DNA from: Euprymna scolopes
Lineage: Eukaryota
Strand: one strand, 5' to 3'
Length of the DNA stretch: 64,000 nt
Assembly (NCBI GenBank): GCA_053919585.1
Contig: CM132794.1
Positions 26,990 through 40,990 of the stretch are shown piece by piece (positions within the stretch are counted from its first letter, which is position 1; each line of letters starts with the position of its first letter). The notes beneath the pieces are model-generated. The model searched no databases and had not been told where the DNA came from. It saw nothing but the letters and a program-made list of their open reading frames with translations. The position numbers and the translations under genes are program-made.

Positions 26990-29900
26990 GTTTTTTCACC
27001 GACCATGTGATCATTATCATCATGGTATTGAACTAACCCTCTTTCTCTTATATGCGAGGGAATATATAACCTAGTTATCGGTTCGTCGTCGGGTAGCGGC
27101 AAGTGATATACTACATCGTCCATTATTATGTACTTTTTTCGTTTCATCTTGGACGCTTTACCGTTTTTCATTCGCATCTTTAAACATACAATCTCCCTAT
27201 TTGCTTCCTGTTCCTTACGTACATGTAAACCCGATAATGTAGGACGCTCGTGTGTTACCGATAAGTCTTCAGCATCCTTATGTGATGCAACATCTTTTGG
27301 CTAAAAATTATGTGAGTTTATTGCACTCACCGTGTAATTCCTACTGTCTATTGCTACATCATTGTTTTGGCCCGAATCTACAGCGCATGACAAGAGATCC
27401 GCACAGACGTTGTCTTTCCCCTTCAGCTACAGTTTGGTGCAATTATAGCCAGTCATACTTAAAGCCCACGTCTATATTTTCCTTTTTTGAATTAGTGAGT
27501 TTGATAAATACTCCAATGGTCTATTGTCTGTATAGATGGGCAACGCACAACTCTGCAAATAGTGTTTTAATTTATTCAGGGCATAGTGTATCGCATATGC
27601 CTCCTTCTCTATTGTTGACGATTTGGTTTGAGTATTACTCAACTTATGGGATAAAAAGTAAATAGGGTGTTATACCTCTTTATCCTCCTTTGCATCATAG
27701 ACCATTTGTGATAAACATGCCCCAATCGAATGATCAGAGGCATCCGTATACTGTCGGTAGTCCTTATCCGGATCGGGATACGCCAGTGTTGCCATATCTG
27801 CAAGCTTCGTTTTAGGCTATCAAAGGCAGATTGACATGCGTCGTCCCAATAAAATCGTGCATGCTCCCTCATTAATTGGATTAATGGCTCGGCGATATCG
27901 GAACAATGTTTTATAAAACGCCGATAGTACGATTTCATACCAATGAAAGCTCTTACTTGCTTTACGGTGGTTGGAGTCGAAATGATTTTTATAGACTTGA
28001 CTTTTCCATGTCTGGCTATATACCCCTCTCACTAACTTTGAACCCCAGATACTGTATTTCTATATCAAAAAAGTCACACTTTGTTGCTTTTACCCTAAGA
28101 TTGTGCTTGCGCAAACTACATACGATCTTATCTATGTGTTTTATATGTTCTTCCTTTGTATTTGAGAATATTAAAATATCATCCAAATACGGTACAGCGA
28201 ATTCTTCATGTCCTTGTACTACTACGGATATCAATTCCTGGAAGACCCCGGGCGAGTTCGTAAGTCTGAACGGCATTACATTAAAATGGAACAACACTTT
28301 GTGGCAGGTGAATGCAGTTTTTTTCCTTATCGTTCTCATTCAATTTGACCTGGCAGTACCCTGACTTCAAATTTAACTTTGAGAAGTACTTTGCCGACCC
28401 AAGCGAGGCTAAAATATCATCAATAACTGGTAACGCTCAAGAATATTTCTTTGTTATTTTATTTAGTGCCCTAAAATCTACACAGAACCTTTTAGTTCCC
28501 TCTTTCTTCTCTACTAAAACTATCGGAAAACTCCACGGGCTGTTTGATCTTTCGATTAATCCAGCCTGCATCATTTCCCATATTGCAGACTCTAGTTCTT
28601 TTCTTTGCTTAAGTGGTGTCCGGTACGGGCATTTTCGTATGGGCTCATCTGTTCCAGTATCAATACGCATCTCTACCGTATCGGTACTGCTCAAGTTCTT
28701 ATCTCTCGTAACGAACAAGCCCTTTTTTTCGCTTAAGCACCTTATTGATCTCTAACTTGAATTTTTCGGGCACTTTTATCCCTTCCAAGGTTTCTTCAGA
28801 GATCTTACATCTATGTTTCTTTGTTATGGTAATCTCCATTATTTTACCAGCCGCTCTACACCTAATTATCTTACACCCTCTTCTTAAGGTAACAGTCTGG
28901 TTGGTGTTGTTCATTATTAAAAGCGGAACACTTTTTGATCCTATACTTTTTTACTACGGTATTTGCTACTGAAATACCACTAAGATCACTAAGAACTCCT
29001 CTATCTATTTTCTCTACCTTATACTCTAGCACTTGACCATTTTTAATACCCGCACGAGCTGTGCACGTATGCAAGTGCTGGGGTTTTAATGTTATTTTTC
29101 CCCAGTCTTACTATAACTGAGATAGGAGCATCCTCTTCTAACGCTATATATTCATTTCCTATTTTTATCGCGACTAAGTCAAAGTAAATCCTCACCCCAT
29201 TAACCTGGCCTAGTATTATGTTTCTATTGAAGTTTTTCGACACAACGAAATTGTGGTGGATGAATTGACTTCCTATCCTTATCCTTAATCGAGCGATGCC
29301 TTCTACAGTTAATGGGGACCCATTAGCTGTCCTTAAATTCATTGATTTACTATGTAGCTCAGGTCTCTGTATCAGTGTTTTAAAAACTCTACTTAAACTC
29401 TGCGCTTGTATCTACTACAGCCCTGAGACTATTTCTATCTATTCTAATAGAAAAGGAATTTGCAGCGCCTATGTTACCGATTACATGCGTCGGTATGCCT
29501 TCGTTCCGTCCGTCTGGCGTTGTATGAACGGTGCGTTTCCGTTTCTCTGCCTGCGGTGTCTGCAATCTCTCCATATGTGGCCCACCTTACCACAATTGAA
29601 ACACCTTATATCCTGTATAGCTTTTTCCCTTTCTCTAGTCTTATATACACCCCCTATTCTCTAATCTTTTCCACCTATCTTGTTTTGGGAATTTTGCTGG
29701 ACCTACGGTTTCGACTCTAACCTGCCGTCTCGCATGACAAATCCCCATGGGCTCATCATCGTATTCATGATTTGTGTTGAGCCGAATTTTCCATCTTACT
29801 TTTGCTAAGGCTTTCTCATATGCTGCATGGAGATCCGTAGGTTCATCCCCCATTACGGCCATTTTCACACCTTATCTCTGAGGCCTTCTATAAAAAATCC

Positions 29901-30912
29901 TAGAACATGTTTTGTACTAATTCATTACTTGCATCTATGGCACTATATGCTCCTTCTGCTAGTCTCACTATTATCTGCATATAGTCTTGAATACTTTCTT
30001 CTCTACACTGTCTTATATTAGCTAAGCCTATTGCGTTCTTGTTGGGATTTACGACTATCCCATAATAATCTTCTAAGGCATGTTTCAATTCTAGCCAGGT
30101 TAACCCTTCATTATTTGTCATTAATCCTTTAATGAAGAGTCCAACCTAGCCCCTAGTGGCCAATAGTGATGCCTGTCATTTTTCCTCGTCCCCAGCACCG
30201 ACTATTCTAAAATAGTTTTCTATCTCTTGCAACCACACCCTATATCCACAGTCCTTTCTATTTTCGAAAGTTCCTATTTTATTTAGAAGGGACTCACCTC
30301 GTAAAGTTTTTGAGATGGCCCCCCAACGCGTTCCTAAGCTCAATGCTTAAGCCCTGTACGAAATTGGAACAGACTTGCTGTTCCATCTTTTTTTTTCCAA
30401 CTTAACCAAAACAACAAAAAAAAACAACGTCAGATGAGAAAACAAAAGTACAATTTAAAAGACAAAAAAGAAAAAAAATCACAAGTTTTTTGTCAGTTTG
30501 ATAAATTTTGCNNNNNNNNNNNNNNNNNNNNNNNNNNNNNNNNNNNNNNNNNNNNNNNNNNNNNNNNNNNNNNNNNNNNNNNNNNNNNNNNNNNNNNNNN
30601 NNNNNNNNNNNNNNNNNNNNNNNNNNNNNNNNNNNNNNNNNNNNNNNNNNNNNNNNNNNCAATCAAAGAAAGAATCGAGTACGACTTACCTCGTTTGTAT
30701 TTTCCTCATATTTTTTTCTTTCTTCTTCTCCCCCTTTTTTAATTTGACAGTTTTGAGTTGGGGATTTTTTTTCAATAATCTGTCCGCGGTAATAAGTTTT
30801 TTTTTTTTAAGGACCCTTTTTTAGTTGTGTTTTCGTGGTATTGCTCGTGTTTGTAATTCCTCTTTTTTTTCTTTTATTTTATTCTTGTAGAATAAAAATT
30901 GATACGGTACCA
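26990..30912 (-). mobile_element. Ty3/Gypsy LTR retrotransposon internal region (gag-PR-RT-partial RH-start of IN), frameshifted and 3'-truncated
   Basis: Gag fragments, protease AVVDTSA, and RT motifs SPWSFPIVLVEKK..RFCVDFRALN, MPFRLTNSP, PYLDDILIF and YYRRFI. The integrase N-terminus LYIP...YHD..DH is at 27000-27070. PBS-like TGGTACCG at 30905-30912. Confidence 0.95.
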
Positions 30913-30917
30913 AATCT

Positions 30918-31653
30918 TGTATATGTTATATACTGGGTTGTATGACGGTGACGTCTATTCTGTTTTGTTGTTGGTCGTCCTAGGAAGAGTCTTACTGTTT
31001 CATCTAGCCAGGGTACATTCTATTGCATAAGCGGCAAGCCTGTAATTTAACTATCAAAGATTTTTGCATATCTCGATGGATAAAAAGATTGTCTATTTGA
31101 TATTTATAGACATATGCTTCTTGTAAGCCTCTCTGATTGGAATCACCCTGTTCATTTATCAAAATATAACGAGCAACCTTTATAAACAAAACTTGGTGTA
31201 TTTATCAAACATTCATATTTACACAATGCAGCGGTGGAGTGAAGAGGTGGTTGGTAGGAGAGAGTGTAGGTGGGAGAGGGTGTTGTTGCGAACGTGACAG
31301 GCAGTTTATCTTCGTCTGTCCTCGTTCCTCTCTCCGCGTCTTTCCGTCCGTTTTTTGTTTATAATTTCTCTTTTATGGATTTTCGACCTCGTAACCCATT
31401 AACCAATTTACGTCATCGACCTATATTCTGACCCTCTCGGTATTTGCTTTTGGTCTTACCTGCGGCCGAATTACGTCATCTCATTCCCGGGTTTCATTTT
31501 TGCCGGCCAGTGTTTAAGTTCGTTCGAACTTTGCTCCATTCAACGGCCTGCCCCATAAAACGACTTGCGTCATAGGACCAGGCAATCCAATTCCAGGTTT
31601 CATTTTTGATGGTCCGAGTTTCGAGTTCATTCGCACCTTTCCTCTCCCTAACA
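30918..31653 (-). mobile_element. 5' LTR of the Gypsy element
   Basis: TGT...AACA-bounded block adjacent to the PBS, with an internal ~108-bp diverged direct repeat (31484-31535 vs 31591-31642). Confidence 0.6.
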
Positions 31654-32339
31654 GTGCAAACTACAATATACAATTAAAGATAATGTATTTTATCCATTGT
31701 AGTTAGAACTACTAAATGGCATGTTGATAAAAATCATAAGACTAAAATAATAAAGAAAAAGTACTTATTTTACTAGACTACTTATAAAATGTGTAAAATA
31801 AAAAAATAGACAATACAATAGTAATCAAAACGTATGAACGAAATAACAACACGGTGTTTACATGTACACACATACATGACAAAACGGTATCTTTTAACAA
31901 TGGAAACTTATGTCCGGAAATATGAGAATTAAAAGACTAATGAAATTATAAAAAAAACGAACTTAATTGGCGATGTTTTGTAGCCTTTCAGTGTATTATT
32001 ATTTATAACGAAATTTTAATCCTATGATGTTGATTACATACGCGCAAGACCCACGCACACACACACACCCACACACACACATATATATATATATGCACAT
32101 GAGTGTATGCATGTTTTTATATACCAGTGTGTATATATATATTTATTGACGTGTTCATATATAACTACATATAGATATATGCATATATATATTTATATAT
32201 ATATATATATACATATATATATGCATATATATGTATATATATATATAGAGAGAGAGAGAGAGAAAGAGAGAGAATATGTAATTGCATGAGTACAGAAAAA
32301 TATTAGAAGAGGTTAAATAACATGAGTACAGAAATGCCA

Positions 32340-33900
32340 CCCAGCTTCACCACATTATTTATAGGTATTCCCCAGATGGAGTGGCATGACATCTAACTCT
32401 AGCTTTCTTTTCTTTAAAGAAAACGATTAAGATGCACAACTCCCTCAAAGAAAACCAACTTTTGTACGATCCTCCAAAGAGTTGATCACTTAACAGTTTG
32501 GATAGGCCAATGATTCATTTGTGTAAGATGTTTTGGTTTTTGCGCTTCTGCAATTGTCGAGCACTGAAAATCATATCCTGATTGCCACGCCTTGAACGAA
32601 AACCACACTGTAACTCCAGAAGTGTTCTATTGGCAATTGTGTGGACTAATTTATTAAGAACTATCCTCGAAAAGAAATTACTAAAAATAGATATCAAGGA
32701 TATTCCCATAAAATTGCCAAACTCCAAAATTAAATATTTCTTTATACACATACACATGTATCAATGTATTTTAGTAATCAACTAATGTACACCATTTGAA
32801 AAATTGCTTTGAGAGATCGGCCATTTTCTCACTACCATTCTTTTAAATCTCTGCTGATATGCTATCTATCCATTGCATGTTGATGTTCATTTGACTCACA
32901 TATACATATTCAAGGAAGAAATCATTAAGGGCCATGACTGGTTGACGTTGCTTAATTAGAGTCAATATAAATTCGTCAACCACTGAATAGTGATCAGGAG
33001 TTCTTTATAACGTTCACGCCAGTGCTTGTTGCAAACGGCCAGTTCGTTTATATTGGAACCGTATTTCGTTTTGAAACGAAGAACACTCGATCTTTGAGGC
33101 CCATAGGTCTCTTTAATTATTTGGTCAAACAGTCTCGAGTTTTCGCTGCTCGCTATGAATTGTGCTACTTCTCTCTGATTTGGCCACCACTGATTTTGAA
33201 TTTCACGCATGCATGGTTGTATCACTTTTTGAGAATTCTTGTATGTTTTTGTAACTTCCAATTTCGCTTGTTTATATAGAATTGATGAAAAGGTTTTTCA
33301 GAAATTATAATTATAAAGAGTGCATCACAATATGTAGACACTTTGAGAGCACAACTTTTTTTGCACGTGGTGGCATGTGCTTTGAGAAAGATTTTGAGTT
33401 CAATTCTGGCTCTTAGCAGGCAAGGATCCGCGTAACATTCAGCACATTTCATAGTTCAAGCATGGTGTTAATCCTATAAATATCTCGCAAACAATAATAT
33501 AATTTTAAATATTCCACTGTCTGGAACGTGTGTGTTTTCAATTACCTCTGTACATTTACGTATTACATTTTTGGGATATTTTTTTGGATGAACTTCCTAA
33601 TGCGTGTATTGATTTCATTTGTGGGTTATTATCCTCCTCCTCATAATTGTTATTTTACCTGGTTCCGTGTGTCTTCTTCTATTATGCTGGCTTTTTCCAG
33701 GTGGTTCACAGAACAGGAATGCTGAGTCTTGTACCTTCATATTTAGGCATTACATCTGTTATGTTGTTCTTGTATCATCACGTTTTAGCAAAATAATTCT
33801 CTTGCCTGCTTTTAGGAGGATGTTAACCGTTTACTTCAGACAATCTGGTCATTTGATATTTTCCGTCCCTTTTTTCGCGGCATAAGCAGGTCTCGTATAT
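32340..33900 (-). mobile_element. Decayed RTE-clade LINE (EN-RT fragments)
   Basis: GISLISIFS..IVLNKL, QCGFRSRRG..DMIFSARQLQ and REIQNQWW..IKETYGP are RTE ORF motifs. Confidence 0.85.
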
Positions 33901-34242
33901 AATTTTTAAAACATATAGCGAATATGTGTTATTACTTCCCAACCATTATAAAGAATTTATTTAAAATATATACGGATGACAAATATAGGTAACCGTACCT
34001 AAAACAGAAGAAAATGCGATAGAATTCTTTGAAAGTAAAATATTAATTTAAGGCTTCTGATAACACGAAACAAAAAAATATGTCAAATGCTTTTCTGTAG
34101 AAAAAAGAGAGTGAAAGCTCTTCAAAATTATTTTAGAAAGAAAGAAAACTATGATGTAGAGAGAAAATAAATTAAAACATATTTAGATAATAGATATACA
34201 TATAAGAAACATACAGTAAAAAGCTAGAGAAATGAAATGATA

Positions 34243-34277
<35 letters not shown>

Positions 34278-35020
34278 AGGGAGATTGAGAAATTGATAGA
34301 AACAGATAAAACACACATACGCACACACGCACACATATATATATATATATATATACACACACGATGTAGAGCTATACAATATTTTGTACATAGAGGGGAA
34401 AAAAGACAGAACCTTTGAATTATTTGAGAAAATCTGAATCCAAAGCTAATCAACTGAACGCCATCTGTTCAACTCTTCATGTCAGACAAAGAAGCAAATC
34501 CTGCCATATCAATTTGCACGGCTGCCTCTGGCTGGACGATCTGCCATCTTGAAAAAAAAAAGAAAATAGAAGAAAAAGCTGCTAGTCATGCCTCAAACAC
34601 ACAATGGCCGTCTGTTCTTGATGAAAATAAACAAATCAGAAGATAAGTTCCATGAAGTAACTGAAGCTAGCGGTAAGAACATGACGTCCAACTCGCTGAG
34701 GCGGATTCTCTGCGTTTGGCATGCGAATAGAAAACTATGTAAAGATGGCAGAAAACGAGAAGGGAATGTTCAGCGTATTTACTTTCCATCAATGTTTCTT
34801 TACTTAATTGATACAAATAAATACTTAAAGCTTTTTGGCTTTCTAAAAGGGAAATAATATATACAAAAATATCAATTTATAAAGAGACACATAGATTGGT
34901 ATATATTTATCTTACGACATCTTCCTATCTGTGTTCCTGTCCGTCTGCCCATCTAACTCCCCCCTTCTCTCTCACTCTCTTTCTCTGTCTATCTGTCTCT
35001 CTATCCCTGTGCCTGTTCCT

Positions 35021-35084
<64 letters not shown>

Positions 35085-36144
35085 TCTATCCTTGTTAAGC
35101 TATATACATATAGAAAGAGTAAAAAAGACATCATATATATTTAATTATATGAGGAACAAATTACCAGAAAATGTTAATATAATCAGTTTGTCTGTTTTGC
35201 ATTTTAATATAAGGAGTTTGGAGTATACTGTATGCACTGTTCGCTGTTACGTTGTACGTTAAGAATGTTAATTAAATATTAATATCCAGTATTATACTCA
35301 AGGTTAAACAATGAACCTGTTGGGTTACACTTATATATTTGTATTATAGTAAGCACATGCTGAGATAGTTTGGTTGGTTTTGTGCTTCAGTCATTTTTTA
35401 AAATCAAATACTTACTTTTCTAAAAAACGTAACCTTTAATTTTACCACAAACATACTCATCTTCTACTAAANNNNNNNNNNNNNNNNNNNNNNNNNNNNN
35501 NNNNNNNNNNNNNNNNNNNNNNNNNNNNNNNNNNNNNNNNNNNNNNNNNNNNNNNNNNNNNNNNNNNNNNNNNNNNNNNNNNNNNNNNNNNNNNNNNNNN
35601 NNNNNNNNNNNNNNNNNNNNNNNNNNNNNNNNNNNNNNNNNNNNNNNNNNNNNNNNNNNNNNNNNNNNNNNNNNNNNNNNNNNNNNNNNNNNNNNNNNNT
35701 CCCGCATTTTATATATTACCCTTTCCGCATTTCGTACCTATCTGTCTTCATTAATGTTAATAATACACGAAGGTAATACAACTAATCATACATAAGTTAC
35801 TGTAAGAGGGCATTGTCCACAGTGATAAATAAGATAAAAATACATTCCTAACATAATAGGTGTAATTCCATAGAAGACAAGTGAAATAACAATACGGCAA
35901 GTCTGCTGAAACAATGGAAAATGGTATGTATCAGTAAATATATCTTGAGTAAGAAAGTGTGTAGCAGTGCGGTAAGTTATTATTTAGAAAAATAGTTATT
36001 TTTAAGGGGACACTAACAATTAATTTCATACTTATGCCGGATGTATAAATATTATAAAACTAGCCATGATATTTTCTTTGAATTATGAATGTTAAATTAA
36101 GTATGTTCATGTGTGAACCGAGACTATAGTGAGAAATGAAGTTT

Positions 36145-37400
36145 ATTTTGTTTTTTTGTTTTTAACAAAGGAGTCACCACTTACAATGTCACTGATGCCA
36201 AGAACATCATTAGTGGGTGTACATTAGTCAAGGGATAATATAAAAGGAATCGTTTGTAATGGAAATTTGGTAAATTCGATAATTTAAGAAGACAGTTCCT
36301 CAAGGCTTTCCTTGTGTTAGAATTTAACACTACTAAATTGTAGTCAGCATGAAAGCAGCCTAAAATACAGAGTTCCACAGGCGTGAAATTCTAAGAAAAA
36401 AACTTTGTTCATGGTATCTCTGTAAGGCATAGACACAGATAAAGAATGGGGGAACAAATTTAGAGTTGTATCAGTTAGGCGAGTGATTTTCGTTAAGGTT
36501 TTATAAGGGATAACCAGATCAGGCGAGGATTGCTATGAAAATAACCATAAAACAATGACAGTCTCGCAACATCACTTCTGTTGAAAGAGGGTGCGCCGAA
36601 GAGAAAAGGGCATACCGAACTGGGCTACGAAGTCTATTTGTAACTCTGTCAAGGAAGGATGACCTTTTTTTCTCGTTGCCCTTGCCGAGATGTGACAACA
36701 GTCCTCCATCTTTTTACGTACCTGGTTTTTCTTTAGGTATGCAATTGCATCAACAGTGAGATCTCTACTTGATCGATAGAAGGATCCCACCATTTTTCCA
36801 GCGTCCTTGGCATCGGATTTGATGTGTATGTTCTATATCAGATTAGCAGTAATGTTTAAGACCAGAAGCTTGTTAAAACAAGACGGGAGCCATTCATGTC
36901 TAGATGGAGATCAGAGCGTTGATAATGTAAAGAGAGAAGATAAGTCTAGAAGCATTAAACGTAACCAGACACCTCTTTATCCATAGATCCAAGGAGATAT
37001 AACCAGAGAAAACTTGATCATTATCGACCTTTTATGTGTTGTCATAGATGGTAGTGTTGTCAGCATAAATGTCTACTTATGATCTTAGGATGTAATTTGG
37101 AAACACATTTATGCAGATCAGGAAGAAAGTGGCGCCCAGGTGGATCTCGTATGGACTCCAGCATTGACACTGTTAGCTTCTGTTTCTATTCATCAACCAC
37201 TACTTTTATGAACCTATCCGAGAGAAATGATTTAATCATACTCAGCTATACTGTAGCTGGAGATCTTGTAAAGTAGACTGTTATGGCGTAGCTTATCAAG
37301 GACCATCGATATGTCAAGATTAATTGCCTTAGAAATGAAGCTAATCGTATGAGAGGTAACCGTTAGCACATCCAGTGCACGCAATAATAACACCAGAACT
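36145..37400 (-). mobile_element. CR1/Zenon LINE copy, decayed
   Basis: KMVGSFYRS..MEDCCHIS, LDISMVLDKLRH and IYADNTT; the 3' end matches 4541-4600. Confidence 0.85.
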
Positions 37401-38879
37401 ATCAAAAGAAAAATATACCGCGAGCAGAGGCAATCCATTCATAGCAGATAATGCTACAAAAGATGTAAACTGGAATAAATTGCAGTGAAAAATATAAATC
37501 ACCTTAAAAGCATAACATCAAACAAATATAAGAGAAACCAACAATGTAGATATTAAAAAGATTACTTCAAGGCTACGACACCGATCAAGTTACCTGATAT
37601 GATACTTATTTAGTCAGACAGGATAAAAATACCGATGATAAAGAATATGATACAACTTACTATGTAAGTATAGGGTTTTCGTAAAGTTGAAAAGATAATG
37701 CAGTAAATTGCATTCAGTTTGCTGTTTACTTACAGTTCTGTAAGAAGTTTTGTGATTATGTCTGTTTATTAAATTAAAAAAAAACAGTGAATATAACTTT
37801 AAATATAATACAGATAGGACAACTGCGAATATCTCAAGCACAAACGAATGGGAGTAATATGTGAGTTAATAATTATCTGATAATCTGGACAGCCCGTTTA
37901 ACAAGTAAATAGAAGAATTGGCGTAAATATAACCACAATTAAATGAAATGGAACTGTGATCCGCTTATTAGGCGTGTAAAAGAAGTGACAAAACGATTAT
38001 TCTCAACATGTCAATGCACGAAAACCCAACTACGGAGTGTAACAATAAGAATATTGTACACAGAGTATTAGTAAATAGTAACTAATTGAAAAAAAAAGCA
38101 ACAGCTTGTCTGATTAATAACACGAGTGGAAAGGTTTGTCGAAAGGGAAGCTACACTAGAACAAGAATGAAAACTAGTATATTTTTAAACACACCCAAGT
38201 AATCTGTTGCAAAATACAATCGATTATTAAGCATAGTTCATGCAAAATACAGTCGATTATAAAGCATAGTTCATGCAAAATACAGCTTGACACATCTCTA
38301 CTTCTTTATAAAATAACCTTTCTGTGTGTTTAAGTACTCGTTATATATGGACTTTAAAAGAGATTAACCTACTTGTTTTAATTTCACACAAATAGTACTT
38401 GATGTTTCTAGGTGTGTACGTTCGTTAGTTTGTATAAGAATGCTTTCGATACGTATCGAAAATCGATAATCATAGCAATCTGATTAACGAAAGATAGTCG
38501 AATTTTTACGAAAGCAAAAACTTTGATACCATCACACATGTATGTCAGACTATTAAATACTGCACAAACATAAACGCCTAGTCTATAAAAACAACTGTAT
38601 TTTGGTTTTAATACACGGACGTGTACAGTACTTATGTTTAATTTTGGAGCGGAATTGAACCATGATAATTTTACGTTTTAAACATTAGATATAATTGCTA
38701 TGAATTAACAGAGGTTTCTTCACGTTGAAATGTTGACAATAATGTAGGAAAATATATCATACTTCCTCCCACTAGTCAATAAGGGGTACACAAGAATAGG
38801 CAATACTCGTCCATTTTTAATTATATTTAAACCAATCGAAGTAGAGAAGGCGTTCTATCCGAGACAATGTATGCCATAC

Positions 38880-38955
<76 letters not shown>

Positions 38956-39089
38956 CATGGTTTTCTTGGGGGTACACATCTTTATTAAGCCAATTATGAA
39001 GGGAAGGTCTATTCCATCGGAATTCATTGTATATTTAAAAAAAGACCGAAGAGAAAAAGAAAATGGATAGAGACTAAAAAATAAATGTA

Positions 39090-39660
39090 GGGGAATAGAA
39101 AAAATCAAAACGAGCCAATTGACATGTTTCGCCCTCACTCATCCAAATTGGAATCGAGGGATTTATTTTTTTCCTTAATGATAAAATCTAAAAAAGAGAC
39201 GGGAGAAAGAGCAATCGTATGGGGATGAATTTTAGAGGCCGATCACGTTCAAACCCCACAATCAGTCCTTTTGCTTACAAAGGGAAGGCTTCCTAAGGCG
39301 GACGTGAACAGTCTCCAAGAATTTTCATGATATACGGAGTGAGCTCGACACAATACAGAGAAAGTGTCGATGCTGAAGTTCGTAGCACAATCTCGGTATT
39401 TAATAAAGTGGTCCGTTATAGCGGATCCATATGTGTTGTTTACAGCGTCGGTACGTAGGAATGTTCCATTCCTGATTTTGCTCGGTACATGTTGTATGCG
39501 ACTTACCAATTTTAAAGACGTTCGACCTACCTCATCGGCACCGCAACCACATTTAAATGAAGAAATGGCATTAATAATATGATGAGGGGGTAGAACATCT
39601 TTTTTATTATAGCTAATTTTTCGATATCTGTAATCCGAACGGCCGACCTTCAAAATCATA
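39090..39660 (-). mobile_element. Penelope-like element 3' part (GIY-YIG endonuclease and pLTR region)
   Basis: KDVLP..FKCGCGADEVGRTS..RIQHVP..SAITDH..C..FSVL matches PLE GIY-YIG. A hammerhead-like motif lies downstream. Confidence 0.85.
39115..39151 (-). ncRNA. Degenerate minimal type I hammerhead ribozyme
   Basis: CCAATT-tgGATGA-GTGAGGGC-GAAA-CATG-TC-AATTGG: perfect 6-bp stem I and palindromic stem III, but the CTGA box is mutated. Confidence 0.7.
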
Positions 39661-39959
39661 TCATATCTCGTGAAAACCTGCCGTCTCTGTCAACAGATTT
39701 TGGCAGACATACATACAAGCATACCTACACATGCACATACACACATAGATACATTGTGAGATGTATACAATATATTAAGTATTATATGCGACTAGACATG
39801 TTTAACTGCGTGTGTTGGATATATGATTATTATCAGAAAAAAACATGCTGAATTCATTGATAGATGAATATCACATATTGTGATTGTATGCACTTTTTAT
39901 TTCACATAAATAATCACAGGGAACTTTTAGGAACATATAATTTGTTTCGTTATTTTTTC

Positions 39960-40990
39960 TACTACCAATATGTAAATATACAGGAGAATACAAAGACATC
40001 TAAATATTCACATCAATAGTTATCGGGTTCTCACCTAGTTTACACCTATATTCCGGTATCTTTCGACAAGTTACTTATTTTGTTGGAAAGATCCGGCCCA
40101 TTTCTTGAGTATTAGTGAAAATACATATTTCAATGAAAGCTAAAAAATTTATATAAAATGCAATGTTTGCTATGTGCACGTGAAATCTTTCAACGTTATC
40201 AAAATTAAAAATGTTTACTCAAAGAGAAATACGTTCTAAACTTAAGCAAAAGAGGAACCGTATTTAAAATAAGTGTCACCTACTATGATTAAACAATATT
40301 TACCTGATCTATCGAAATCAGCAAACGAAAGCATCACAAATATTACTTAGAAAACTTAATGCCACAGATAAGCGTTGTTAAGATTGTATGTGAATTTTAC
40401 GAAGAACAGATAACCCTGAGTGTACTAAAGAAACGTCGTTTCTAATTCAATCCGCCCATGTTTATTTAATTTTGTTACCTAAGTATAGTCAATTATATTT
40501 GTTTTCTTTTTCATTTCGTTAAAAAAAGTCGGTTTCATTTAACCACGCTAAACTTTTCAGCAATCATTATTACTATTGCTAACAAATTATTTAAAAATAT
40601 GATATCATTCGAAAATAATTTATAAACACTTTTGGAAAACTTATGCAGTAGGTTTTCCGTCCCATATGTGACCTCTGTGTGTTAAAACGTTTTATGTAAA
40701 ACTATTTAAAAAAAAGTTTAAGTATTGAATATCAACTATTATTTCTATAAAAATTGATATTAACCGAAAATTTGGAAAAAATATTGCATAAATTTAAGCA
40801 AAAAAAATTATTCATACATGAATTCCTATAAAACAAAAAAAAAGTTTAAAAAGATGACAACAGTTTTATGCAACAAATAAAGTGCCCAAGAAATTAATCA
40901 TAATCAAGCTATGCTGATGAGGAGTAAGGCTCTGAAACACGCGTGTCCGTAGATTAATGTTTTAAAAATAAATAAATAAATAAATAATAC
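39960..40990 (+). mobile_element. Heavily decayed second Penelope-like element 3' half
   Basis: Scattered motifs in PLE order (VGK..FL, FNHAKLF, ICDLCVLK), ending with a hammerhead and an (AAAT)n tract. Confidence 0.5.
40909..40952 (+). ncRNA. Minimal type I hammerhead ribozyme
   Basis: CTATG-CTGATGA-GGAG(TAAGG)CTCT-GAAA-CACGCGTG-TC-CGTAG: full catalytic core, stems I and II paired with G-U wobbles, palindromic stem III, and GUC cleavage triplet ending at 40947. Confidence 0.9.

Noticed and set aside
27906-28755. Plus-strand ORFs of 147-152 aa
   Set aside because: Antisense shadows of Gypsy RT.
28699-29074. Captured extra gene between Gypsy protease and RT
   Set aside because: Resembles the ordinary PR-RT spacer of many metazoan Gypsy elements; no distinct catalytic motif.
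35860-35933. Death-domain-like exon (ASLLKQWK|GTATGT)
   Set aside because: Too short, has an in-frame stop and no supporting neighbours.
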